Positions 28,418-37,882 of a stretch of DNA of 64,000 nt are shown here, one piece after another. The stretch lies in NCBI GenBank assembly GCA_002723085.1, contig PBNK01000026.1, positions 8,965 to 72,964 on the forward strand, given 5' to 3'. Both the position numbers and the translations under genes were made by a program. The stretch is from Crocinitomicaceae bacterium. GTDB taxonomy: Bacteria > Bacteroidota > Bacteroidia > Flavobacteriales_D > Parvicellaceae. Each line of letters begins with the position of its first letter. The first letter of the stretch is position 1. The notes under the pieces are model-generated. The model saw only the letters and a program-made list of their open reading frames with translations. It had not been told where the DNA came from and searched no databases.

Positions 28418-31400
28418 TCAATTTTCTAATGAATTAAAGTACTCATTTACTTTATTTTTGTAATAAGGTTTCAAATTAGGAGGTATTGTTTTTAACAAGT
28501 CGACCTCTCTTTGCTTCAACCTCTGGTATTCTTCAAATTTATTATTAAAATTATTTTCATTTGTTTTAATACCTTCTTTAGATTCTCTTTCTTTTTGTTG
28601 ATCTTGTTCTTTTAGAGCTTTTTCTAATTCAAGTAATTTAATTTTAATTTCTTCTTGTCTCATTATAGAAGATAGATCAAAATCATTATTTATTATTTCT
28701 TCTTCTGTTTCTTCAATTTTTTCAATCATTTTATTAAGGCCATTTCCTTTTCCAGAACCATCTTTGTTTAGTTCTTGCGCTAGCTCCATTAATTGTTTTT
28801 TAATGGCAGCTTGTTCAGCAGCAAGCCTTCCAAGTTGTTCAAATGAAGATTTACCCCCACCTTTTTGTCCCCCTTTTTTATCACTTAACATTTTTTTCAT
28901 TTGTTCAATTTGTTTTTTTATTTGCTCAGCATTTTGAGATAAAGATTTGCCTGGGGTTTTTCCTTTACCCCCAGGTTTGTTGCATTGACCAGTCCCCGGC
29001 ATATTGTTTTGCATTTGTTTTAACACCTCACTTAATAAAAGAGCAAGTTCATTGGTGTGCATCATTACATTGTGTTGGTTTGATCCAGCAATATTTTTCT
29101 TTCTTTCGGTGATGTTTTTTATGCTGTAATTTAACGACCTTTTTATTTCTTGAACCTCTTTATTTAACATATTACTAATCATAATTTGACGCTTACCCAA
29201 AGCGTCAAGAGAGTCTTCTATTATTTTAACATCGTCTTTTAATTTTCTTTGACTTTGACCAACACCAATGTACCTTGGGTCTTGTGTCGACAAGGTTTTT
29301 AATGTTTTTAATAATTCCTCCTGCTCTAATGAAAAAGAAATAAGGTTCTCTAAAAGCTGACGCAGAGACTCTGCGTCTTCTTCTTTTTGGTTAGAAGAAT
29401 TAGACATTTTATTAAGAGATGAGGCTAATTTATCCATTTCTTCAGCCGCTTTTTTTTGACTTTCAGCCGCTTTTTTCCTTTTATTATTTTCTAATTCGCT
29501 CTCACTTTGATTCATTGCATCATTGATTTGGTTTTCCTGCTCTTCTTTATTTAATTCTTTAGGAGATTCAAGTTCCTCATTCATTTCATTTAGTTCCGAA
29601 AGCTCATTTTGTATTTCAAAGAATTTGTTTTGTAGATTTTCTTGTTCTTTAGTTAGATCAAATAAAGATTGTTTTTTATCATTAGTTTTTTCTTGTAAGT
29701 CTCTTTGTTCTCTACTAAGCTCCTCAAGTTGCTCAGCAATTTTTTCAGCTTTATTTTCAACCTCTAATCTTTTAAAATGTTCTAAGGACCTATCTAACTC
29801 TTTTAAAAGGTTATCTTGACTCATCTCCACGTCTTCCATTTTTTCTAAAAGCTCATCTTTATTCATTTCCTCCATAAGCCTATTCATTTCTTCATAAAGC
29901 TTTTTCATCTCTTCAGACATTAAGTTATCCATCATTTTTTCCAATTGCTTTTGTTTCTCTAAAATTTCTTTGCTTTTTTCCGATAGTTGAGCTTTTTTAG
30001 CCATCTCATTTTGTAGTTTTTTAAGGTTTTGAGTTAAAGCCTCCTGCTTTTTAAAAAAAGCTTCTAGTCGAGACTTATCATTCCAATTCATATCTTTTTT
30101 ACTTAATAGGTCGGCCTTTATATTTTTCAACTCCAGCTGTAAAGCCTCAGCTTCTTTTGAAAGGTTTGCAAAAGAGTTCTCCGTCTTTTCCCTTATTTTT
30201 TTATCAACTTCATTTTTCTCTTTAAAAGAAGGAACCTTTAATTTTTTTTCTGTAGAACGAAAGCTTTTAGGGCCATTAATTGCATCATTATCCCATACTT
30301 CAAAATAATAAGTGAAATCATCACCCGCTTCAAAATTAAGTGAAGTAAAATCAAAGTCATAATAAAAAGAAGTCGAGCGAAAAGAAGCTAAGGGAATATT
30401 AATGGATTTTTTATTAACCCCGATTTGATAATTAAAAGTTAATTTACTTATCCCATAATCATCTTTTATAGACCCATCAAAAAACCTTTGAAGCAGAAAA
30501 GATGAATCAAAAAACTCATTAACCGAAATACTTGGAAAAGCATCCCCTCTAAGTAAGAAATCATACATTGAAGTGTCAGAATGTTCAGAAAAAGAATTTT
30601 CGTTTGTTACTAAGAATTCCTGAGATTCCTTAGGAGTATATTTAAAAGAAAAAGAATTTTTATTATCACCACTAAATACAAAAGAAGAATCAGAAAAAAC
30701 AACCTGAAATGATGAAGTATTTTTTGTCTTAAAATTAAAATAAATTGAAGTCCCAAAAGGAATCACGAGACCACTAAAATCAGAGACAGTGTCATCAATT
30801 AACTCAGTATAGGTTGGATATGCTAAAACAGCATTGAAGCCCGAAAGAGAGGCTTTAGGAAGAAAAAAGACATCAAAATCTTTTGAATAATTGAATCCAT
30901 CAGAAATACGAAACGAAAAATCATTTTGAACGTTTTTGAATTTATATGTGAATTTTGTATCGTCAATTTTTATAGGGAATAATCTTTGACTATTTTTAAA
31001 AAGATATATTTCTTTAGGGGGCTCGCCAACAGTTTCAATAATAATATTTAAATCTTCATTTTCTAAAACACTCAATTTATTATTGTTATTAACAACAAAG
31101 CTGTAGGCCCTATCTGTCGCAAACGAGTCATTATAGTTAATCACCCTGTTTATTGGTTTAATTAAAAAATCAGGCCTTACAAACCCAATAAGAGAAAATA
31201 AGCCAAATAAAAAAACAAAAGCAAAAATGAAGTTTTTATTTCTTTTAAAAGAAATAGTTTCTGAAAGAGAAAAGACACTCAAATCTTTAGCTCTTTGTTG
31301 AATTGAGGCGGATAACAACAACAGCTTAGAATTTTCTTTTTCTTGATTTGAAAGTTGAAGAGTGTTTAAAAGTTTATCTCCAATTTCATTTAACTCCCCG

Positions 31401-31693
31401 CCAATAATTTTCGCAGCAGAAATATGATCTAAACGTCTAAATAATCCCAAATAACGAAAAAAAGGATTCACAAATAAAGAGACAAAAACAACAAAGAGAA
31501 TTAATAGACCCCCACAAAGCAACCCCAACCTAACATTTGTAGGAAAGAAAAAAAGAAATTCTAATCCCCCCACAAAACCCAATAAAACGATAGCATAACA
31601 AAAAAATAACAAACCACCCTTAACAGCCTGAATGGCGTGATACTTTTTAATAAATTTATTAAGTTGAAAGATTAAATTATCAAAAGAGTTCAT
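28418..31693 (-). CDS. Large membrane-anchored coiled-coil protein (DUF4175-like)
   Basis: It has N-terminal TM helices, a beta-rich middle part and a roughly 500-aa E/K/Q-rich coiled coil with Gly/Lys-rich patches. I used the ATG at 31693 rather than the TTG at 31750. Confidence 0.6.
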   Translation of the reverse strand: MNSFDNLIFQLNKFIKKYHAIQAVKGGLLFFCYAIVLLGFVGGLEFLFFFPTNVRLGLLCGGLLILFVVFVSLFVNPFFRYLGLFRRLDHISAAKIIGGELNEIGDKLLNTLQLSNQEKENSKLLLLSASIQQRAKDLSVFSLSETISFKRNKNFIFAFVFLFGLFSLIGFVRPDFLIKPINRVINYNDSFATDRAYSFVVNNNNKLSVLENEDLNIIIETVGEPPKEIYLFKNSQRLFPIKIDDTKFTYKFKNVQNDFSFRISDGFNYSKDFDVFFLPKASLSGFNAVLAYPTYTELIDDTVSDFSGLVIPFGTSIYFNFKTKNTSSFQVVFSDSSFVFSGDNKNSFSFKYTPKESQEFLVTNENSFSEHSDTSMYDFLLRGDAFPSISVNEFFDSSFLLQRFFDGSIKDDYGISKLTFNYQIGVNKKSINIPLASFRSTSFYYDFDFTSLNFEAGDDFTYYFEVWDNDAINGPKSFRSTEKKLKVPSFKEKNEVDKKIREKTENSFANLSKEAEALQLELKNIKADLLSKKDMNWNDKSRLEAFFKKQEALTQNLKKLQNEMAKKAQLSEKSKEILEKQKQLEKMMDNLMSEEMKKLYEEMNRLMEEMNKDELLEKMEDVEMSQDNLLKELDRSLEHFKRLEVENKAEKIAEQLEELSREQRDLQEKTNDKKQSLFDLTKEQENLQNKFFEIQNELSELNEMNEELESPKELNKEEQENQINDAMNQSESELENNKRKKAAESQKKAAEEMDKLASSLNKMSNSSNQKEEDAESLRQLLENLISFSLEQEELLKTLKTLSTQDPRYIGVGQSQRKLKDDVKIIEDSLDALGKRQIMISNMLNKEVQEIKRSLNYSIKNITERKKNIAGSNQHNVMMHTNELALLLSEVLKQMQNNMPGTGQCNKPGGKGKTPGKSLSQNAEQIKKQIEQMKKMLSDKKGGQKGGGKSSFEQLGRLAAEQAAIKKQLMELAQELNKDGSGKGNGLNKMIEKIEETEEEIINNDFDLSSIMRQEEIKIKLLELEKALKEQDQQKERESKEGIKTNENNFNNKFEEYQRLKQREVDLLKTIPPNLKPYYKNKVNEYFNSLEN

Positions 31694-31803
31694 GCTAATA
31701 CTATAGGAAATTAAAATTACATCAAAATCTTCTATTTGAGTTAAAACCAATCACAATAAATCTTAAAACAACCTAAACAGATAAAGAATTAAGCATATAA
31801 TCG

Positions 31804-31811
31804 TAATTTTG
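31804..31811 (+). promoter_or_regulatory. -7 box TAATTTTG upstream of queD
   Basis: It matches the consensus exactly, 19 nt from the ATG at 31830. Confidence 0.35.
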
Positions 31812-31829
31812 TTAAAAACCCAAAATGAA

Positions 31830-32267
31830 ATGAACGTTCGAATAACTAAACAGTTTAATTTTGAGGCAGCTCACGCTCTTGATGGATATGAAGGAAAATG
31901 CAAAGATATTCACGGACACAGTTATCACCTAAAAGTTACTTTTTTAGGAAAACCAAAAAACGACAATGAACTTAGCGACTGTGGAATGGTTGTAGACTTT
32001 GGCGAAGTAAAAAAAGTAGTAAAGACCTATATCCTACCTATATTTGACCATCGTCTTATTTTGCGAAAAGATACACGGTTTCAAGAAATTGCCCCTATAA
32101 ATGAACGCATTCGTTTGGTTGATTACCAACCCACATGTGAAAACATGTTAATAGAAATAGTACAGATATTACAAACCAACAAACCTAAAGGAACCAAATT
32201 GGTTAAAGCTTTTTTAAGAGAAACAGCAAATAGTTATGCAGAGTGGTTAGCAGAAGATAACTCATAA
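31830..32267 (+). CDS. queD: 6-carboxy-5,6,7,8-tetrahydropterin synthase
   Basis: Motifs FNFEAAH and CKDIHGHSYHL are present. The ATG at 31830 is preferred because the TTG at 31809 lies inside a -7 promoter box. Confidence 0.85.
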   Translation: MNVRITKQFNFEAAHALDGYEGKCKDIHGHSYHLKVTFLGKPKNDNELSDCGMVVDFGEVKKVVKTYILPIFDHRLILRKDTRFQEIAPINERIRLVDYQPTCENMLIEIVQILQTNKPKGTKLVKAFLRETANSYAEWLAEDNS

Positions 32268-32271
32268 TAAA

Positions 32272-33078
32272 ATGGAAGAAAAAAAACAAAAAGCAAGTTT
32301 ATGGTTTAGAAAACTTAGAGATGAATTTTGTCAAGCATTTGAAAATTTAGACGGAGGAAGCTTTAAACGAAAAAACTGGAAACACAAAGGAAGTGGCGGA
32401 GGAGAAATGAGCATTATGAAGGGTGATGTTTTTGAAAAAGTAGGGGTAAATATTTCAACGGTTTCAGGGCAATTCACAGAAGAATATCGTTCAAAAATTA
32501 AAGGCACAGAAAGTTCACCTAATTATTGGGCATCAGGAATTAGTTTAGTTGCTCACATGAAATCTCCCAAGATACCCGCATTCCATTTTAATACACGGTT
32601 TTTAGTTACTGGAGAATCTTGGTTTGGTGGCGGTGCAGATATGACACCAACATTTGTAAATAAAAAAGACACAAAACTTTTTCATAGTAAAATGGAAGAA
32701 GCGTGTGCTCCTTATAATGAATCTTATTACCCGGATTTTAAAAAAAGATGCGATGAATATTTTTATTTACCCCACCGAAACGAACCAAGAGGAGAAGGGG
32801 GTATTTTTTTTGATTATCTTAACACAGGTGATTGGGAAAAAGACTTCTCTTTTTTAAAATCTGTGGGCCAAAAAACTCTAGAAGCCATTACTGAAATAGT
32901 AAAACAACACAAAGGATTAAACTGGACAAAGGAAGAAAAAGAGCAACAACTTATTAAAAGAGGAAGATATGTTGAGTTTAATTTATTATGGGACAGAGGA
33001 ACCCTTTTTGGAATTAAAACAGGGGGCTCAACAGAGGCTATACTAATGTCTATGCCGCCAACAGTTAAATGGGCTTAA
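32272..33078 (+). CDS. hemF: Oxygen-dependent coproporphyrinogen III oxidase
   Basis: Motifs WFGGGADMTPT, HRNEPRGEGGIFFDY and RGRYVEFNLLWDRGT are present. Confidence 0.85.
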   Translation: MEEKKQKASLWFRKLRDEFCQAFENLDGGSFKRKNWKHKGSGGGEMSIMKGDVFEKVGVNISTVSGQFTEEYRSKIKGTESSPNYWASGISLVAHMKSPKIPAFHFNTRFLVTGESWFGGGADMTPTFVNKKDTKLFHSKMEEACAPYNESYYPDFKKRCDEYFYLPHRNEPRGEGGIFFDYLNTGDWEKDFSFLKSVGQKTLEAITEIVKQHKGLNWTKEEKEQQLIKRGRYVEFNLLWDRGTLFGIKTGGSTEAILMSMPPTVKWA

Positions 33079-33563
33079 TGAATGATTTAGAAAACATAAA
33101 AAATGCTCTTTCAGTTATTCCTGACCCAGAAATTCCGGTGTTAACAATTAAGGAATTGGGCGTTTTAAGGCAAGTCAAAAAAGAGGCGGACACAATAATA
33201 ATCACCATTACTCCAACATATTCTGGTTGCCCAGCAATGGATCGTTTTCAAACGGATATAAAAAAAGAAATGGCAACACTAAATGTAAAAAAGTATAAAA
33301 TCATTACCCAATATGACCCCGCGTGGACAACGGATTGGTTAAGCTTAGCAGCAAAGAAAAAGTTAAAAAAATACGGAATTGCCCCACCAGAACACAAAAC
33401 AACAGACAAAAACGCAATTCTTGGAGCGCCAAAAAAAGTAACTTGCCCTAGGTGTGACTCTAAAGAAACAAATCTTGTTAGTCCTTTTAGCTCAACAGCA
33501 TGTAAGGCCATGTACGCTTGTAAAGAGTGTTACGAGCCTTTTGAGTATTTTAAATGTTTATAG
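33069..33563 (+). CDS. paaD: PaaD-like protein (DUF59 Fe-S-assembly-type domain plus C-terminal zinc ribbon; 1,2-phenylacetyl-CoA epoxidase subunit D family)
   Basis: Motifs IPDPEIPVLTI, TPTYSGCPAM, DPAWTTDW, YGIAPP and CPRC...STACKAMYACKECYEPFEYFKC are present. An alternative ATG lies at 33078. Confidence 0.75.
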   Translation: MGLMNDLENIKNALSVIPDPEIPVLTIKELGVLRQVKKEADTIIITITPTYSGCPAMDRFQTDIKKEMATLNVKKYKIITQYDPAWTTDWLSLAAKKKLKKYGIAPPEHKTTDKNAILGAPKKVTCPRCDSKETNLVSPFSSTACKAMYACKECYEPFEYFKCL

Positions 33564-34667
33564 TTTAAAAATTTTAAAAACAGAATCTCCAACTTTTACA
33601 AAATAAAGGTTAGGCGACAAATGTTTAAGGCTAATTTGGTTATCATTTTCACTTATTAAACCAGAATAGACAACATTACCAACTAGATTAGTTATTATTA
33701 CCTGTTTATTTGAAGAAGTCGGGTTTTTAATTGTAAATAAATCAGAAACGGGATTCGGAAAACAAGTAATTTTAACCCTATCTTCAGGAACTGAAGTAAT
33801 TAACCCTGATAAATTATATCTAGAAAAAAATTTCCATACCTCTATGCTTGCATTTATGTCTTGGTTTCCCCAAACCCCAGGCCAGTCGTGCCCACCACCA
33901 ATAACTTTAAAGTGTTCAACACTTACTCCGTTATCCCCTCCATCATATACCATATGCTCAACAGTACTCCCATCTGTAAGGTTGATATTAGGAACAGCGA
34001 TAGTTGTTGGCATAGAATTGCAATTATTTTGTCCAACCCAATATTGCAAAATATCATTTATTGACATCGACCAAAGAGGAGAACCATTATAAGGAACCGT
34101 AGCATCTGCTGTACCATGAATTTGCATTATAGGTGTAGGATGAAGAGGATTACAAACATTTAATGTTTGAGGCGTCATTGCCCCTGTAACTGAAGCAACA
34201 GCAGCAAATTTATCGCTAAGTGTACACGCAAGATGGAAGCTCATATACCCACCATTAGACATTCCTGTACTATAAACCCTGTCGGCATTTATATTGTAAT
34301 TTGAAGAAATAGAATCTAATAAAGCAGCAGTAAAGCCAACATCATCAACAGTACTTCCAACTGTCCACCCGCCAACGTTCCAGTGCGCGGACCCATTATT
34401 ATCAAGTGTTCCTTGAGGGTGAACAACAATAAACCCTGCAGTGTCGGCAATAGATTTAAAGTTAGTGTAAGAAAAATTAGTATTTGAATTGCTTGTGTAG
34501 CCATGAAAACAAAAAACCAAAGGAACAGGATTAGCTGAATTGTAAGATGCGGGAACATAAAGAATATAACTTCTTGAAATATTGTCGTGTGTTATGTTGC
34601 CGTTTATTGTTTGTTGGCCACTTATTAAAAGAGGAGCGAAGACTAAAAAAAGTAAAAAATTTTTCAT
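33558..34667 (-). CDS. Secreted esterase (PHB-depolymerase/LpqC-like alpha/beta hydrolase) with T9SS type-A C-terminal sorting domain
   Basis: It has a signal peptide, LVFCFHGYT, the nucleophile elbow GMSNGG, and a C-terminal roughly 75-aa CTD (CFPNPVSD...LYFVKV...). Confidence 0.75.
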   Translation of the reverse strand: MKNFLLFLVFAPLLISGQQTINGNITHDNISRSYILYVPASYNSANPVPLVFCFHGYTSNSNTNFSYTNFKSIADTAGFIVVHPQGTLDNNGSAHWNVGGWTVGSTVDDVGFTAALLDSISSNYNINADRVYSTGMSNGGYMSFHLACTLSDKFAAVASVTGAMTPQTLNVCNPLHPTPIMQIHGTADATVPYNGSPLWSMSINDILQYWVGQNNCNSMPTTIAVPNINLTDGSTVEHMVYDGGDNGVSVEHFKVIGGGHDWPGVWGNQDINASIEVWKFFSRYNLSGLITSVPEDRVKITCFPNPVSDLFTIKNPTSSNKQVIITNLVGNVVYSGLISENDNQISLKHLSPNLYFVKVGDSVFKIFKL

Positions 34668-34730
34668 TTATGCGCTTGTTAGTTTCTTATAAAGTTACAA
34701 AACAAAAAGAAATTGAACTAAAAACGCAAT

Positions 34731-36152
34731 CTAATCATGTGTTGTCAACTTTTTAATCATCCCTTGAAAAATAAAACTATGAAAGGGTAAAACTGAAAAC
34801 CAATACAATCTACCCAAAAGGCCAAGAGGTCTAAAAGTAGCTTTTTGATAAAGTTTGCCGTTTTTTATTTTAAATTCTAACCAAGCCTCTCCAGGAAGTT
34901 TCATCTCAGCAAATAAAAGAAGGCGCCCCTCTTCTTTGTTTGCATAAAGAACTCTCCAGAAGTCCAAAGCGTCTCCTGGATTAATTGAGTTATTGTTTGT
35001 TCTTCCTCTTCTAATTCCAACGCCACCAGAAAGCTTGTCTAAAAATCCTCTTATTGTCCATAGCCAGTTTCCGTAATACCAGCCATTTTCACCACCAATC
35101 GACCAAATTTTTTCAATACAGAGCGTTTTATTACTATATTTTTTTTCTCTAGAATCAATAAGGCAACCATATGAAGGAACTTCAATAAAGTCTGAAATAT
35201 TGATGTTCATTCCGCTGCTTACGTAAGCATCTTTCCAACTGGAAATTATCTCGTTATTCCTTATTTTACTAAAAGCTTTTTCAAGAGATTTTTTATAACT
35301 TAAAGGAGAAATACCTAATATTTCCTGAAGTTTTTTATCTCTACAGATAACTTCAATTTTCATGCTGTTAACTAGAGCGACTGCAAGTTTATAAGATGTT
35401 GAGGTTACAAAATACAACCAGTAAGAAGAAAGACGAGGAGTCATAACAGGAACGATTATAATTCTTCGTTTAAGGTTTCGTGTTTCAGCAAAACCTAATA
35501 GCATTTCTTTATATGATAATACATTTGGACCGCCAATGTCAAAGCTTTCGTTAAAAGTTTTGGAGTTGAATAGGGTTTTATTCAAAAAAAGTATGACATC
35601 TGAAACTCCGATAGGTTGACACTTTGTGTTTAACCATTTTGGAGTAATCATTACAGGGAGTTTCTCAACAATGTCTCTAATAATTTCAAAAGAAGCACTA
35701 CCAGAACCAATAATTATTCCCGCTCTTAGTGTAGTGCAATTATAGGTTCCTTTTCTTAGTTCTAGTTCCACATTTTTCCTTGAACCTAAATGTTTAGAAA
35801 GCTCATCATTATTGATTATTCCGCTCAAATAAACAACATGTTTAGCTTTTGTTTGATTTAGTTTTTTTCTAAAATTAATTGCTGATTCTAGTTCGAGTTT
35901 TTCGTAGTTTGACGAAGTAGACATAGAATGAACTAAGTAAAAAGCCCCATCAATGTCTAAAGGGATATTATTAAGGGTTTCAGACTTTAGTAAATCAAGC
36001 TCAATAATTGTAATATTATTTTTAATGGAATCAGGCGGATGAAAACGACTTTTATCTCTAACACAACAAATAACTTCATGTCCCGCATCCACTAGAACAG
36101 GCAAAAGCCGTTTACCGATATATCCTGTTGCTCCAGTTAGTAAAACTTTCAT
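34731..36152 (-). CDS. NAD(P)-binding SDR-family domain fused to a DUF2867-like C-terminal domain
   Basis: It has the Rossmann start VLLTGATGYIGKRL and a C-terminal region with the GENGWYY...WRV pattern typical of DUF2867. Confidence 0.75.
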   Translation of the reverse strand: MKVLLTGATGYIGKRLLPVLVDAGHEVICCVRDKSRFHPPDSIKNNITIIELDLLKSETLNNIPLDIDGAFYLVHSMSTSSNYEKLELESAINFRKKLNQTKAKHVVYLSGIINNDELSKHLGSRKNVELELRKGTYNCTTLRAGIIIGSGSASFEIIRDIVEKLPVMITPKWLNTKCQPIGVSDVILFLNKTLFNSKTFNESFDIGGPNVLSYKEMLLGFAETRNLKRRIIIVPVMTPRLSSYWLYFVTSTSYKLAVALVNSMKIEVICRDKKLQEILGISPLSYKKSLEKAFSKIRNNEIISSWKDAYVSSGMNINISDFIEVPSYGCLIDSREKKYSNKTLCIEKIWSIGGENGWYYGNWLWTIRGFLDKLSGGVGIRRGRTNNNSINPGDALDFWRVLYANKEEGRLLLFAEMKLPGEAWLEFKIKNGKLYQKATFRPLGLLGRLYWFSVLPFHSFIFQGMIKKLTTHD

Positions 36153-36160
36153 TTTTTAGT

Positions 36161-36793
36161 TTAAAAATCAGGAATGTTATTGTTTCTAACATAAGGAAAA
36201 GAATTTATTTTTCCCACCTTATAATAAGTGTTTAATCCAGAAATTCCCGCACAGGAGTATTTTTCTAAATCAAGTTGCCCAAGCTCATTAATAGAATGCT
36301 CAGGATAAATAACTTTTTTAACATTTCCTATAACCATTGAACAACCATTTGGCAACGGAACACTTTCTAGATGTTTTAATCCTATTTTTACTTTACTTTC
36401 CTTTACAAATGGAGCATAAAAGTCATCAATAAATTCTTTTTCTATTTTCATTCTATCAAATTCAGATTCGTCTGAAGTTAATTTTGCTGAGGTATAATGT
36501 GCTTTTTTAATGAAAGAATCAGAAACATGGTTTATAGTGTAAAAATTTGTTTGAAGAATATTTTTATATGTGTCTCTCGGGTTATTGGTTTGAGGGCGAA
36601 GAATGAATCCAAATTGAGCAGGATTTGACCCAAGATGAACAACAGATGAGAAAATAGCTAAATTATCAAACCCATCTTTCGACCTAGTGCCAATTAAGTT
36701 TGCCGGTTTAATTCCAGATAGAGAATTAATTAAGTTTAGTCTATATTTTCGATCTAAATTATCAATATCTGTAATGTTAAGTTTCATTTTCAT
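36161..36793 (-). CDS. Flavin reductase-like (FMN-binding split-barrel) protein
   Basis: The segment LINSLSGIKPANLIGT...NLAIFSSVVHLGSNP...ILRP resembles Bacteroidota flavin reductase family proteins. Its start overlaps the upstream gene by 17 nt. Confidence 0.65.
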   Translation of the reverse strand: MKMKLNITDIDNLDRKYRLNLINSLSGIKPANLIGTRSKDGFDNLAIFSSVVHLGSNPAQFGFILRPQTNNPRDTYKNILQTNFYTINHVSDSFIKKAHYTSAKLTSDESEFDRMKIEKEFIDDFYAPFVKESKVKIGLKHLESVPLPNGCSMVIGNVKKVIYPEHSINELGQLDLEKYSCAGISGLNTYYKVGKINSFPYVRNNNIPDF

Positions 36794-37784
36794 TGATTTT
36801 AGCTTTTAATTCTTTTTTACATTTTTTCCAAAAGGAAAAAAAAGAAGGATAATATCCTTTTTGTTCACAAATCCAATCTCTATTTTCTTCATTTCCTTTA
36901 TAATGCTTGTTTGTTGGATGCTCTTTGTAAAATAAGTTTTCAAAACTTATTATTTGGGCTAACTCTTGAAACTCACCTACAAAAAGCTTAATGTTTTTTA
37001 AATTGACTGAAAGGCTAATCGCAAAATCTAAGCAATTTTGATTAATTGGAAATTTTTCAAAAAAAGAAGGCTCAAGCAATAAAACCTTTTGAAAACCCTC
37101 ATTTTTATGCCAGTCAGGATCTAAATTATAATAATTAAACACTAAGGTTTTAATGTTCCGTATTTCAGGATCATTTAAACTTGGAAGAATACAATTTGTT
37201 TTTAAATCAGAAACAGGTTTGAGAATATTTGGGGTTGCCATTGAATAAAAATCAGGATATTCCACATCTAAAAAAGTTCCTTTTTGTCCACTGTTGAAAT
37301 ATTTATTAATGTTAGATTGATTTGCGTAGTATTTCTTATTGCTAAATGTACCCGAAACCCATTGCCAACTAAGGTGATTGCTTGCTATATCACCATCATA
37401 TAAGTTGCTATATAACCATTTTGCAGGGGTTAACCAGTGACATTTTGCTACGTTACAACAAACTGAAGCCACATACATTCTCATGTGGTTATGCATATAA
37501 CCAGTTGAATATAAAACTTTAATAGCTTCATCTACGGCATTTATTTTTGTTTCAGCATTTATAATTGCATCAGGAATTTTATGATTTTCTATATTTTGTT
37601 GAGGGTTCTTAAGATCTGTAAAAATTTGATTTTTTTTATTTACCCAAATCAACTGCCAATAATCTCTCCACGCAAGTTCTTGAATGATTTTTTCTATTTT
37701 ACACCAATCAATATTTAGAGATAATATATAATTTACAATTTGTTTTGTTGAAATCACACCTCTGGAAATATATGGACTTAACAT
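36777..37784 (-). CDS. Photolyase/cryptochrome-family protein with inverted topology (N-terminal FAD/catalytic domain, no N-terminal antenna domain; NewPHL-like)
   Basis: It begins directly with LSPYISRG, followed by ELAWRDYW, GYMHNHMRMYVAS and DGDIASNHLSWQWVSG, which are FAD_binding_7 hallmarks. About 150 extra residues follow at the C-terminus. Confidence 0.7.
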   Translation of the reverse strand: MLSPYISRGVISTKQIVNYILSLNIDWCKIEKIIQELAWRDYWQLIWVNKKNQIFTDLKNPQQNIENHKIPDAIINAETKINAVDEAIKVLYSTGYMHNHMRMYVASVCCNVAKCHWLTPAKWLYSNLYDGDIASNHLSWQWVSGTFSNKKYYANQSNINKYFNSGQKGTFLDVEYPDFYSMATPNILKPVSDLKTNCILPSLNDPEIRNIKTLVFNYYNLDPDWHKNEGFQKVLLLEPSFFEKFPINQNCLDFAISLSVNLKNIKLFVGEFQELAQIISFENLFYKEHPTNKHYKGNEENRDWICEQKGYYPSFFSFWKKCKKELKAKINENET

Positions 37785-37882
37785 AGTGACAGCACCATTT
37801 TTATAATTTCTTGTTGCGGCATACTTTGAAGGATTAATTTTTTTAATCCGTAATAAAATTTGTTCTATTTCAGAAGGAAAAT

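Noticed and set aside
28843-29819. Plus-strand ORFs 28843-29112 and 29523-29819, antisense to the coiled-coil protein gene.
   Set aside because: They are mirror images of GAA/AAA-rich coiled-coil coding sequence (Ser/Phe/Leu-rich translations). They have no start context or motifs. The sense gene is far longer and coherent.
31751-31829. A possible preQ1 riboswitch upstream of queD.
   Set aside because: The spacer is only about 80 nt. It holds a -7 box 19 nt from the ATG and shows no P1 stem plus A-rich tail arrangement typical of preQ1 class I or II aptamers.
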